Notes: generated by a model from the letters alone, not told the origin. 64,000 nucleotides of DNA from Cyclobacteriaceae bacterium (GCA_019694875.1 JAIBBC010000003.1:548469-612468), one strand, 5' to 3'. Counted from the first letter of the stretch, positions 8,019 to 17,403 are shown. Numbers and translations are program-made.

Positions 8019-9116
8019 CTACACGTTGAAGCGGAAATGCATGATATCCCCGTCATTTACCACGTATTCCTTTCCCTCAATCGCAAGTTTTCCAGCCTCA
8101 CGGCAGGCCGCCTCCGAGCGGTATTTTTCGAAGTCGGCCATTTTGATAACCTCAGCTTTAATGAAGCCCTTCTCGAAGTCGGTATGGATAACTCCCGCAG
8201 CCTGAGGGGCTTTCCATCCACGTACAATAGTCCAGGCACGCACCTCTTTAACTCCGGCTGTGAAATATGTAATCAGGTTGAGCAGGCTGTAGCTGGCCTG
8301 GATCATTTTCGCCAGACCTGATTCGTCCAGCTTGTATTCGTCCAGGAACATCTTCTTCTCATCCTTGTCAGTGATCTCAGCGATCTGAGCTTCGAGGGCT
8401 GCGCAGATCTTGATCATCTTCGCTCCTTCGGCATCCACCACTTTGCGAAGCGCCTGTACGTGGTGATTGTCTTCGTGAAGGAATTTTTCGTCAACATTGG
8501 CCACGTACATCATCGGTTTCATGGTGAGCAGGAACAGGTCCATAACGGCCTTCTTTTCCTCCTCAGATACATCGAGGCTCCGGGCATTTTTACCCTGCTC
8601 CAGGTGAGCTTTATATTGTCTAAGTACCTCCAGTTCAGCTTTGGCTTTCGCATCGCCTGCCTTGGCTGCGCGTTCGATACGGGCAACCTTTTTATCGACC
8701 GATTCGAGGTCTTTTAACTGAAGTTCCATCTCGATAATTTCCTTATCGGAAACGGGATCAACAGGGCCTGCGGAGCGAACAATATTGATGTCATCGAAGC
8801 AGCGAACCACATGGACGATGGCATCCACTTCGCGAATGTTCGACAGGAAGCCGTTACCGCGGCCATCATTCTTGCTTGCACCCTTTACGAGGCCGGCAAT
8901 GTCAACAAATTCGATAGTCGTAGGAACAATGTTCTGCGGGGTCACGATCTCGGTCAGAATCTCAAGGCGTTTGTCGGGTACGTTGATAATTCCAACGTTC
9001 GGATCGATTGTAGCAAACTCATAGTTGGCGGCCACATTCTGAATGTTGGTAAGTGCTGAAAACAAAGTCGACTTACCTACATTGGGCAAACCCACAATAC
9101 CGCATTTTACTCCCAT
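8019..9116 (-). CDS. ychF: Redox-regulated ATPase YchF (Obg-family GTPase-like)
   Basis: Start set at the ATG giving MGVKCGIVGLPNVGKSTLF (G1 motif). The TGS-like C-terminus is present and the length of 365 aa is typical. Confidence 0.95.
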   Translation of the reverse strand: MGVKCGIVGLPNVGKSTLFSALTNIQNVAANYEFATIDPNVGIINVPDKRLEILTEIVTPQNIVPTTIEFVDIAGLVKGASKNDGRGNGFLSNIREVDAIVHVVRCFDDINIVRSAGPVDPVSDKEIIEMELQLKDLESVDKKVARIERAAKAGDAKAKAELEVLRQYKAHLEQGKNARSLDVSEEEKKAVMDLFLLTMKPMMYVANVDEKFLHEDNHHVQALRKVVDAEGAKMIKICAALEAQIAEITDKDEKKMFLDEYKLDESGLAKMIQASYSLLNLITYFTAGVKEVRAWTIVRGWKAPQAAGVIHTDFEKGFIKAEVIKMADFEKYRSEAACREAGKLAIEGKEYVVNDGDIMHFRFNV

Positions 9117-9165
9117 AAAAGTGATTAGAAAATTAAGGCCGCAAATATACTCGGAAGGCCAGAAA

Positions 9166-9194
9166 ACAAAAAAGCCTCTGTAAAACAAAGGCTT
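9166..9194 (-). terminator. Rho-independent terminator after the PUR-like gene
   Basis: The minus strand reads AAGCCU-loop-AGGCUUUUUUGUUUU. The stem (9173-9177 / 9189-9193) is followed by a U-tract. Confidence 0.6.
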
Positions 9195-9217
9195 AAGGGG
9201 TTAAACGATGAAAGGTC

Positions 9218-9583
9218 TTAATCCCACTTCAGCTCTGAATCCGATCCGGCTTTGGCAACAGTTGCCCCGGTCTCCTCGGCATGTGCTTCCTCGCGCATCT
9301 GGTCGAATTGCGTGAAATCGACATCCGGCATCAATTCGGTTTTCACGTGGTTAACGGTGTTGTTGAGTGCCTCCACGAACTTGTTGAAATCTTCCTTGTA
9401 CAGGAATATTTTATGCTTCTCGTAGGTGAACCCATCCTCCTTAAAGCGCTTTTTGCTTTCCGTAATTGTCAGGTAATAATCGTTTGAGCGGGTTGACTTA
9501 ACGTCAAAAAAGTAGGTTCTCTTACCGGCTTTTACTTTCGCAGAATATATCTCGTCTCTGCCATTGCTCTTATTCTCTTCCAC
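9218..9583 (-). CDS. PUR-alpha-like ssDNA/RNA-binding protein (DUF3276 family)
   Basis: 121 aa with a GTG start. The core SAKVKAGKRTYFFDVKSTRSNDYYLTITESKKRF...HKIFLYKEDFNKFVEAL is the bacterial PUR repeat pattern. Confidence 0.7.
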   Translation of the reverse strand: MEENKSNGRDEIYSAKVKAGKRTYFFDVKSTRSNDYYLTITESKKRFKEDGFTYEKHKIFLYKEDFNKFVEALNNTVNHVKTELMPDVDFTQFDQMREEAHAEETGATVAKAGSDSELKWD

Positions 9584-9592
9584 AGTCCTTCT

Positions 9593-9619
9593 GGGTTTAG
9601 TTTAGGGTTAGGTTTAGGT
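9593..9619. repeat. Degenerate telomere-like microsatellite GGGTTTAG TTTAGGG TTAGG TTTAGG
   Basis: Read directly from the sequence, 10 nt upstream of the GTG start of the PUR-like gene (C/A-rich in the mRNA sense). Confidence 0.8.
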
Positions 9620-9756
9620 AAAATACTGTGTTAATATAGCGTTTTGGCTAATGATTGCAAACCTTTGAAATGTTTTCAATGGCCTTTCCTGTAATAAAAC
9701 CCCGAATAAAACCGTTTAAAACTGTTAAATTTTAAAGGATTTGCCATTTTTAAGAC

Positions 9757-10662
9757 ATGAAGCTTAACCTGAGAGAAACGATTCAACCCGGCAGCCTGGA
9801 ACTGCTGGCGCGACAGCTGGTAGAGGGGTTTATCACAGGTCTGCACAAGTCGCCCTACCATGGCTTTTCCGTTGAGTTTGCAGAGCACCGGTTGTACAAC
9901 GAAGGTGAAAGTACACGGCATATCGACTGGAAGATTTACGGCCGTACCGATAAGCTGTTCGCCAAGCAATACGAAGAAGAAACCAACCTGCGTTGCCTCA
10001 TTGCAGTAGATACCTCCTCTTCGATGTTTTACCCGGCCGACACGCGGGCGAAAATCCGGTTTAGTGCCTATGTGGCCGGAGCTTTGGCCATGATGCTTAG
10101 CCGCCAGCGTGATGCAGTGGGTTTGTGCCTCTTTTCCGATAAGATTGAAACGCTTACTCCGATCAAGTCTACCCCTACGCACGTTGAAAAGCTGTTTATT
10201 CACCTCGAACGTCTGATCGAAAACCGAACGAAGGCTACATCAAAAACTCACGTGGCCAAAGTGCTTCATGAGGTGGCGGAAAACATTCATAAGCGTTCGC
10301 TGGTGGTAATCTTCAGTGATATGTTTGATGGCGACAATACCGAAGAGCTATTCAAGGCACTCCAACATTTGAAGCACAACAAGCACGAAGTAATCGTATT
10401 TCACGTAACCGATACCGAAACAGAACTGCTTTTGAATTTTGAAGACCGCCCGCACGAGTTCATCGACATGGAGAGCGGTGATAAACTGCGTCTTAACCCG
10501 GCCGATGTGCGTGAAGTGTATAAGCGCGAATCAGATAAATTCTACAAGGCATTGAAGATGCGCTGCAATCAGTATAAAATCGATTTTGTCGAAGCAGACG
10601 TGCGTAAGGATGTAAACCTGATTTTCCAGACTTATTTGATCAAGCGATCAAAGATGCGATAA
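9757..10662 (+). CDS. DUF58 domain protein (vWA-like, MoxR-associated family)
   Basis: 301 aa. HRLYNEGESTRHIDWKIYGRTDKLFAKQYEEETN is the DUF58 signature region. Confidence 0.8.
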   Translation: MKLNLRETIQPGSLELLARQLVEGFITGLHKSPYHGFSVEFAEHRLYNEGESTRHIDWKIYGRTDKLFAKQYEEETNLRCLIAVDTSSSMFYPADTRAKIRFSAYVAGALAMMLSRQRDAVGLCLFSDKIETLTPIKSTPTHVEKLFIHLERLIENRTKATSKTHVAKVLHEVAENIHKRSLVVIFSDMFDGDNTEELFKALQHLKHNKHEVIVFHVTDTETELLLNFEDRPHEFIDMESGDKLRLNPADVREVYKRESDKFYKALKMRCNQYKIDFVEADVRKDVNLIFQTYLIKRSKMR

Positions 10663-10666
10663 CCGC

Positions 10667-11020
10667 TCAGGCATTCTCCTGGTGCAGCCAGGCTTTCTTG
10701 GCCTCCAGTTCAGGCTTGGTCTCAACGTAATCCGGATCGGGCACACAGCAATCTACCGGGCAAACGGCCGCACACTGGGGCTCTTCGTGAAAGCCAGTAC
10801 ATTCAGTACACTTTCCTGAAACGATATAGTAGAACTCATCAGATACCGGTGTCTGCGGAGTCTTCGCATCCTGTTTGGTACCATCTTCCAGTTCAACGGA
10901 TTCCAGCTTGGTGCCTCCGGCCCAGTTCCATTCCCTGCCTCCTTCGTAAATGGCCGTATTGGGGCATTCGGGCTCACACGCTCCACAGTTAATACACTCG
11001 TCCGTTATTATTATCGCCAT
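10667..11020 (-). CDS. 4Fe-4S dicluster ferredoxin
   Basis: CINCGACEPECP and CAAVCPVDCC cluster motifs, 117 aa. Confidence 0.9.
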   Translation of the reverse strand: MAIIITDECINCGACEPECPNTAIYEGGREWNWAGGTKLESVELEDGTKQDAKTPQTPVSDEFYYIVSGKCTECTGFHEEPQCAAVCPVDCCVPDPDYVETKPELEAKKAWLHQENA

Positions 11021-11117
11021 TTGTCTATTTTTGAGGCCTTAAAAAAAGCGCTGCAAAAATACAGCGCAATCATCAACGAACAAAACAACAATCCATTCCT
11101 AAAAGTTTTACGTTTTC

Positions 11118-12125
11118 ATGACTCTGGATCAACGAATCAGCGCCTTTGTTAAGCTTGGAAACCACTTGGCAAACCTCAGTCAGGAGGGTTTCGACTCGCT
11201 TGCCCTGCAGGCCAGGCTGGAGAATCCATGGTTCACCGAAGAGAACGTAAAGCGCTCACTCACAGGAATTAGCCGTTACCTGGAAGAAGCCAAACTCAAA
11301 CAGTGGACCAGCGCATATTCACTCAATCCGCGCGAGCCAAAAACGGTCGCACTTGTGTTAGCCGGCAACATTCCGCTGGTTGGTTTTCATGATTTGCTTT
11401 CAGTATTGATCAGCGGCCATCGCGCGCAGATTAAGCTCAGTTCGAAAGACTCGCGGCTTATCCCCTACCTGATCAAACATTTGATCTGGCTTGAACCGGA
11501 ATTTGAGAAAATGATTACGATCAAGGAAACCAAGCTGGAAGGCTTTGACGCTGTAATCGCTACGGGCAGCGACAACTCGGCCCGCTATTTTGAGTTCTAC
11601 TTCGGAAAATATCCGAACATTATCCGCAAGAACAGGACTTCGGTCGTTGTGCTCACCGGACAGGAAACAACAGAAAACATTGAAGCCCTGGGTGAAGACA
11701 TCTTTAGCTACTTCGGGCTTGGTTGCCGGAATGTATCCAAAGCGTTTGTTCCAGAAGGCTATGATTTAACCAAACTGCTTTCCAGCTGGGATCGCTATAA
11801 AGACATTATCCATCATCATAAATACTGCAACAACTACGATTATCAGAAGTCAATTCTTCTGGTGAATTCAGTTCCGTTTTTAGATAACGGCTTCATCCTG
11901 CTCCAACAGAATGAACGACTGGTCTCCCCTATCTCGGTGTTGTATTATGAATATTACCGGGACCAAACTGATCTTGAAACAAAGCTGAACCGCGATGCTG
12001 ATAAAATTCAGTGCATGGTCGGCAATGAAAAGCCGGCAACAGTTCCTTTCGGGTCCGCACAGTACCCTGACGTTTGGGATTATGCCGATAATGTTGATAC
12101 GTTAAAGTTTCTCGAAAATCTTTAA
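11118..12125 (+). CDS. Acyl-CoA reductase (LuxC-like) family protein
   Basis: 335 aa. The overall pattern (LAGNIPLVGFHDLL, GSDNSARYFEFYFG, GLGCRNVSK) matches the Bacteroidota LuxC-type acyl-CoA reductases. Confidence 0.6.
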   Translation: MTLDQRISAFVKLGNHLANLSQEGFDSLALQARLENPWFTEENVKRSLTGISRYLEEAKLKQWTSAYSLNPREPKTVALVLAGNIPLVGFHDLLSVLISGHRAQIKLSSKDSRLIPYLIKHLIWLEPEFEKMITIKETKLEGFDAVIATGSDNSARYFEFYFGKYPNIIRKNRTSVVVLTGQETTENIEALGEDIFSYFGLGCRNVSKAFVPEGYDLTKLLSSWDRYKDIIHHHKYCNNYDYQKSILLVNSVPFLDNGFILLQQNERLVSPISVLYYEYYRDQTDLETKLNRDADKIQCMVGNEKPATVPFGSAQYPDVWDYADNVDTLKFLENL

Positions 12126-15100
12126 GGCTTCGTGCCGCGCAGGATTTCCACCCAGCCTGTGTAGGTTTTACCGCCTTTGATTTGCAGGCGATAATAGTAC
12201 ACGCCATCCGGAGTGGTGCCACCATCCCAAAGGGTCTCCGGATTATAGTCGTTGGATGAGTACACTTCCTTACCCCAGCGATCGGTTACTGAAAGTTTGG
12301 AACCTTTTTGCGGAAGGTTTCTAACAAAGAAAGTGCTGTTCAGGTCATCGCTTTTGTTCGGAGTAAAGATGTTTGGAATGAATACACGATCATCAAGCCC
12401 AATAATAACAGCAAACGTTCTTTCACACCCAAGTGCATCGCGAAGCGAAAGCTGATATTCTCCGGCATACAGATTATCCAATTGCTTTTGAGGGATAAAG
12501 CTTTGCGGATTGTTTTCGTCAACAACAGTCCAGTCGATAATAAACGGAGGGTTTGGAGTTATACCGTAAGGATCAATCAACTCCATTCGTATCTCATATG
12601 GCACTGCACCGCTTTGTTCAATTCCGATAACCCGCGTTGCCGTAGGTGATTCCGGGTACGATACTCCAGGGAAACCCGTAACCGGTGAAACATATACGGT
12701 ATCGAGTATTGAAGTCCCCAATTCATTGATTGTTACCGGAACATCGTCAAAGCAAGGGTCGTTAGCAGCGTTGCCCACATGAATATTATACGTGCCCACC
12801 GGCAAGTTTGTAATGGAAACACCGGGAACAAATTGCGTCCAACTGGCTCCATCCAGTGAGTAATAGTATTCATTCGTAGTGCTTCCGGTTGCATCAATAA
12901 CTGCGCTTCCGGAAGGTACACCAAAGCAAGGTGAATCATTTGAACTTGATAACGTTGCCTGCACATTCTGTACTGCACCCCAATCGAAGCTCTGCACACA
13001 CACATTAACTCCGTCTGTAATTGAATATTGATACGACCCGTCTGACAGGTTGCTGAATACGAATGTAGAACCCGATGGCAGGATAACCGTTGGCGCAGTT
13101 GAAGGAATCAATGACACAATGAGATTTCCCGGAGGGCCTGAAATTGTTAACGCGATAACACCGTCAGAGCCACCGTTACAGGTAGGCCGCTTAGATTGCG
13201 CATCGGTAGTCACGTTGAACGCAAAACAGTTCAATACACAACCCGGGGGCGCTGCCACAGTTACCGGTGCGGGAGTTGACAAACATCCCGCGTTGTCGCG
13301 GATTACAACATTATAATTCCCCGCAGCAAGGCCTGTAAAGTTGTTAGACGCTACATCCAGCACCGGAAAAGAAGCACCATTGTCGATTGATATATCATAC
13401 GGTGTTGTTCCCCCGGTGATACCCGTGACATTGATCGAACCATCGCTGCCAAGACAAACCGTTACGGCAGAGGGTGTATTGGTTGACGTGATTGAAATTC
13501 CCGAACCGACCACAACATCAAACGGATTTGAGGTACAGCCGTTTGCGTCACGCGCTACAATTGTATGTGTACCAACTCCTAATGACGTAAATGTTGCCGA
13601 AACCTGAAACGCTCCGCCATCGATAGAGTATTGGAATGGAGCAGTTCCGCCTGTTGTTGAGTTAACGGTTGCCGTTCCATCATTCACACCTCCGCACGAG
13701 GCTGGCGTTGAGGTTGCGGCTACGTCATAGGCCAGGCCGGATCCCACGACAACGTCAAACGGATTGGATGCACAGCCATTCGCATCGACAGCAACAACGG
13801 TGTGTGTTCCAACGCCTAATCCGGTAAAGTTTGTTGATGCCTGAAGAGCTCCACCATCAATGCGGTATTGAAATGGGGCAACACCTCCGGTTGTTGAGTT
13901 CACCGTAACCGTTCCGTCACTCGCGCCTCCGCAGGTAGCAGGCGTTGACGTGGCTGCGACATCGTACGCTACTCCCGAAATCACGGGTTGAGTAAACGGT
14001 GTTGATGTACAGTTATTTCCATCCCGGACGACAATGTCGTAATTGCCATCTGGCAGATTGGAGAATGTGCCCGATGCCTGAAACGACACGCCCCCATCTA
14101 TTGAATATTGAAATACAAAATTTCCGCCCGCCCCTGTAAGAATAATCTGGGCATCGTTTGCGGTCGCGCAACCAGACGTAATGATAGTTATCGATGCAAC
14201 TATGACATTGCCGGGTTGTCCGACAGCCTGTACCACGATTGAAGAAACACATCCATTTGCATCGCGCACCCGAAGATTGTAGTTCTGTGCTGTAAGTCCG
14301 GTAAATGTATTACTGGCAACACCCGTCACCGGATAAGTTGCACCACCATCAATTGAAAAATCGTAGGGCGCTGTTCCACCGGTTGGAGTAACCGCTATCG
14401 AACCATCGGTTCCATTAAAACATGTTGTATTAACGACTGTTGGCGTGAATGTTATGTCCGTTGCCTGCCCTACAGCCGTTACAATAACCCCGCTCTGACA
14501 ACCATTAGCATCGCGGACGCGAATATTATAATTCTGCGCTGTAAGACCCGCAAAGGTATGAGTTGCCAAACCCGTTACCGGATAAGTTGTTCCCCCATCG
14601 ATCGAGAAATCATATGAAGCCGTTCCGCCTGAAGGCGTTATTAAAATCGAACCATCATTTCCTCCAAAACAGGTTGCGTTTGTCGGAGTTGTAATAGCGC
14701 TTACCCCGGAAGCAGGTTGTGTAATGGTTACAGGGGTGGCTGCTACGATACAGTTATTTGCATCGCGCACAGAAATGTTATAGGTGCCGGCTGCAAGCCC
14801 GCTGAAGGTGTGTGTTGCCAAATCAACAACAGGATAGGTAGCACCACCGTCAATTGAAAAGTCATAAGGTGCTGTTCCACCTGACGGAGAAACCAAAATG
14901 GATCCGGTAGCTGCTCCTGAACATGTTACGTTCGTAGGTGTAGTTGATGCTGCAAGCACTGCCGGCTGGGTGATCGTTACGGGGATAACCGCTGATTGGC
15001 AATTATTTGCATCGCGTACGCGGATGTTGTAGTTACCGGCAGTTAACCCGGAGAATGTATTTGCCGCTGCATCCAGGATTGGATAGGTACTTCCACCATC

Positions 15101-16864
15101 AATTGAAAAGTCGTACGGCCCTACTCCGCCTGAAGGCGTAACCAGTATAGAGCCCGTGCTTGCACCAAAGCAGGAGACATTTGTGGGCGTTGTTGTTGCC
15201 GTTACCGCAGCTGCGGGTTGTGTAACACTAATCGGTGTGATGGCAGTCTGGCAGTTATTCGCATCCCGTACACGAATGTTGTAGCTTCCTGCGGTAAGAG
15301 CCGAAAATGTGTTGGTTGCTGCATCTAAAACAGGGTATGTTGCTCCGCCATCAATCGAGAAGTCATAAGGACCTACACCACCCGAAGGTGTTACGGTTAT
15401 TGAACCGTTATTTCCGCCAAAACAACTCACAGCCGATGCAACTGCGCCCGGTGCAACTGCAGTGGGCTGTGTGACTGTGCGTGCCAGCACGCTTGATACA
15501 CAACCATTTGCGTCTCGTACCCTGAGGTTATAGCCTTGTGCCGTTAGTGAAGTAAAGGTGTGCGTTGCCGCTGCGAGGAACGGATACGTAGCACCGCCAT
15601 CAATCGAAAAATCGTAGGGCGCAGTTCCTCCGGAAGGCGTAACTAAAATCGAACCATCGTTGCCCCCGTTACAGGTAACATTGGTAATTGTTGTTGTTGC
15701 TGTTACTGCCGCTGCCGGCTGTGTAATCGTGATTGTTGCCTGAGAAGTACAATTGCTGTTGTCGCGAACCTGAAGCGTTACCACACCCGCTCCCCCATTG
15801 GTGAAGTTGACGGATGTTGTCGGGCCGGGAGCTGGTAAGGAAATCGTTGCTCCTGCCGTGTTCGACATAACTGTATACGTAAAAGGTGCGATGCCGCCCG
15901 TTACGGTAAATGTTCCGGTTGCTGTTGTTGCTCCGAAGCACAGCAGCGCCACGTTCGGTGATCCTGCAATGCTCACATTGGAATATGTTACGGTGATGTT
16001 ATCGCTCGAACCGGTACAAACAAATCCTGTATCCGTAATGGTCCACGTCAGTACGTTTGCACCAACATTCAGGTTGTTCGCTGTTGCGTTAGGTGTATTG
16101 GCATTCGGGCTGAACGTAACTCCCGGAGGACCGGTCCATGTTCCGATCTCACCCGAAGCAAATGCATTACCGGATAATGTGAAGCTTGCCGCGCCACAGG
16201 CAACACCAGTAGCGGGACCTGCATCAGCCGGTGTGGTGACAGCCACATTTAGATTGAGAACAACTGTACAGTTATTGGCATCCTTAACCGTAATAGTATA
16301 CGCCCCGGCATCCAGGTTAGCTGCTGTGCTCACTGTGTTTGCAGGAACCGAAGTCGGGCCCGACCATGCAGTGGTATAAGGCAATGTTCCACCGGAAATC
16401 GTCAGGTCAATTTTTCCATTTCCAACCCCCACTGTTGCATTACAATCCGGTGCAACCACATCGGTCACAACAAGTTGTGTAGGTTCGGTTATATCGAACC
16501 CGCTCACACCCTGGGTAATGGTTAACGTTGTACAGCCAGTTTTGCGGAACACTACCGCATACGAACCGGGTGGAACGTTTGTGTAAATAACGGACCTTGA
16601 AGCTGTATTCTCAGTTTCTGTAACCGAAAGCGTTACGTATGCTCCGGCAACCAGATCATATAAATCAAAATTAAAAACGCCCGGCCCAACAGACGCATCG
16701 GCCAGATCTACCGTTATCGTTCCGTCATTCGCACCGAAGCAAGTGACGTTGGTACTGGTTTTCACCTGCACATCGGATTGCGTGGGGCATTGCGCAAAAG
16801 CAGACTGACCTGAAAACATCAGCAATCCAAAAAATGCCACGCTAAAGACTAAAAAATTTCTCAT
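12122..16864 (-). CDS. Giant cell-surface SprB-repeat protein with T9SS type-B (gliding-motility-associated, CHU_C) C-terminal sorting domain
   Basis: 1580 aa with a signal peptide. About 15 repeats of the form C-x-G-x2-(D/N)G-x-I..GG..PY.(F/Y)S(I/L)DGG...F..L..G.Y...V.D.N.C. The C-terminus IFIPNIFTPN...DRWGKEVYSS...WDG...GVYYY is the type-B T9SS sorting domain. Confidence 0.9.
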   Translation of the reverse strand: MRNFLVFSVAFFGLLMFSGQSAFAQCPTQSDVQVKTSTNVTCFGANDGTITVDLADASVGPGVFNFDLYDLVAGAYVTLSVTETENTASRSVIYTNVPPGSYAVVFRKTGCTTLTITQGVSGFDITEPTQLVVTDVVAPDCNATVGVGNGKIDLTISGGTLPYTTAWSGPTSVPANTVSTAANLDAGAYTITVKDANNCTVVLNLNVAVTTPADAGPATGVACGAASFTLSGNAFASGEIGTWTGPPGVTFSPNANTPNATANNLNVGANVLTWTITDTGFVCTGSSDNITVTYSNVSIAGSPNVALLCFGATTATGTFTVTGGIAPFTYTVMSNTAGATISLPAPGPTTSVNFTNGGAGVVTLQVRDNSNCTSQATITITQPAAAVTATTTITNVTCNGGNDGSILVTPSGGTAPYDFSIDGGATYPFLAAATHTFTSLTAQGYNLRVRDANGCVSSVLARTVTQPTAVAPGAVASAVSCFGGNNGSITVTPSGGVGPYDFSIDGGATYPVLDAATNTFSALTAGSYNIRVRDANNCQTAITPISVTQPAAAVTATTTPTNVSCFGASTGSILVTPSGGVGPYDFSIDGGSTYPILDAAANTFSGLTAGNYNIRVRDANNCQSAVIPVTITQPAVLAASTTPTNVTCSGAATGSILVSPSGGTAPYDFSIDGGATYPVVDLATHTFSGLAAGTYNISVRDANNCIVAATPVTITQPASGVSAITTPTNATCFGGNDGSILITPSGGTASYDFSIDGGTTYPVTGLATHTFAGLTAQNYNIRVRDANGCQSGVIVTAVGQATDITFTPTVVNTTCFNGTDGSIAVTPTGGTAPYDFSIDGGATYPVTGVASNTFTGLTAQNYNLRVRDANGCVSSIVVQAVGQPGNVIVASITIITSGCATANDAQIILTGAGGNFVFQYSIDGGVSFQASGTFSNLPDGNYDIVVRDGNNCTSTPFTQPVISGVAYDVAATSTPATCGGASDGTVTVNSTTGGVAPFQYRIDGGALQASTNFTGLGVGTHTVVAVDANGCASNPFDVVVGSGLAYDVAATSTPASCGGVNDGTATVNSTTGGTAPFQYSIDGGAFQVSATFTSLGVGTHTIVARDANGCTSNPFDVVVGSGISITSTNTPSAVTVCLGSDGSINVTGITGGTTPYDISIDNGASFPVLDVASNNFTGLAAGNYNVVIRDNAGCLSTPAPVTVAAPPGCVLNCFAFNVTTDAQSKRPTCNGGSDGVIALTISGPPGNLIVSLIPSTAPTVILPSGSTFVFSNLSDGSYQYSITDGVNVCVQSFDWGAVQNVQATLSSSNDSPCFGVPSGSAVIDATGSTTNEYYYSLDGASWTQFVPGVSITNLPVGTYNIHVGNAANDPCFDDVPVTINELGTSILDTVYVSPVTGFPGVSYPESPTATRVIGIEQSGAVPYEIRMELIDPYGITPNPPFIIDWTVVDENNPQSFIPQKQLDNLYAGEYQLSLRDALGCERTFAVIIGLDDRVFIPNIFTPNKSDDLNSTFFVRNLPQKGSKLSVTDRWGKEVYSSNDYNPETLWDGGTTPDGVYYYRLQIKGGKTYTGWVEILRGTKP
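13502..13978 (-). repeat. Two tandem 79-aa coding repeats (G(V/L)AYDVAATSTPA.CGG..DGT.TVNSTTGG.APFQY.IDGG)
   Basis: Residues ~963-1121 of the adhesin are two highly similar units, each ending NPFDVVVGSG. Confidence 0.8.
14213..15718 (-). repeat. Six tandem ~250-bp (83-84 aa) coding repeats (SprB repeats ending ..PYDFSIDGG..RVRDAN(G/N)C)
   Basis: The conserved Cys recurs at residues 398, 481, 565, 648, 732 and 815 of the 1580-aa protein. The DNA copies are clearly related, with shared runs such as ccatcaattgaaaa, but are not identical. Confidence 0.85.
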
Positions 16865-16870
16865 GCCAAC

Positions 16871-17212
16871 TTATTGAACAACAATCCCCTCTTTGCCTTT
16901 CACGGATCGTTTCTTCGGACAACTGGCGGAAGAAAAATAAACGGTGTAGGTAGAGGGTTTTACTTTATCAAAAACAACTTTAGAATCACCGGATGAAAAG
17001 AACATGCTCTTCTTGCTGACAAGCTTTCCGACATTCAGATCGTACAGTTCGAGTGTATATTCCTCCGAAATACCCTCGGTTAGTTTAAGCTCAAGTGACC
17101 GGTCAGATTTCGAGTTTCCGGCAACTTGTTTACAGCTAAAATCGGTCGGACAGTGAGCGGCCGGGAGCAGCCATAACAGGAAAAGAAAAAAAACCGAGTA
17201 TAATCTATTCAT
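16871..17212 (-). CDS. Small secreted protein, stand-alone paralogue of the adhesin N-terminal module
   Basis: 113 aa with a signal peptide, 6 nt upstream of the adhesin gene. HCPTDFSC..LELYDLNVGK..VKPSTYTVYFSSASC parallels QCPTQSDV..FDLYDLVAGA..VPPGSYAVVFRKTGC of the adhesin. Confidence 0.6.
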   Translation of the reverse strand: MNRLYSVFFLFLLWLLPAAHCPTDFSCKQVAGNSKSDRSLELKLTEGISEEYTLELYDLNVGKLVSKKSMFFSSGDSKVVFDKVKPSTYTVYFSSASCPKKRSVKGKEGIVVQ

Positions 17213-17403
17213 TAACAGGATTTTTGCGGTTCAGGGCTAAACTTCAAGTTCAAAAAATTACCTATCCTAAATAACGTCTAAAAAATGGTTGTAACCAACA
17301 AAATCAGCGAAACAAAGGTCAAAACTAACAATCAGTGATCAAAAGAATCAGCTTGCCTAATCCTATTCAGGTAAGTTTTGCTTAAGAAAATGAAAATTTG
17401 AGG

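Noticed and set aside
9676-10203. 175-aa minus-strand ORF
   Set aside because: It is antisense to the DUF58 gene, which has clear family motifs. The ORF has no recognisable features.
9757-10662. DUF58 as a marker of a MoxR/Bat (aerotolerance-type) operon
   Set aside because: No MoxR AAA+ ATPase, vWA/BatA-B or TPR/BatC-D genes are adjacent. The gene stands alone between the PUR-like gene and a convergent ferredoxin gene, so no system can be claimed here.
13502-15718. Regular ~240-250-bp tandem repeats that could superficially suggest a CRISPR-like or satellite array, given the Cas6-like gene 5 kb away
   Set aside because: The repeats lie entirely within one long open reading frame and encode SprB-type protein repeats. 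There is no short-repeat plus unique-spacer organisation. I saw no CRISPR array anywhere in the window.
15798-16379. 193-aa plus-strand ORF, along with several other 60-110-aa ORFs inside 12.1-16.9 kb
   Set aside because: It is antisense to the adhesin gene. The Thr/Gly/Val/Ala-rich repeat coding sequence keeps the opposite frames open by composition.
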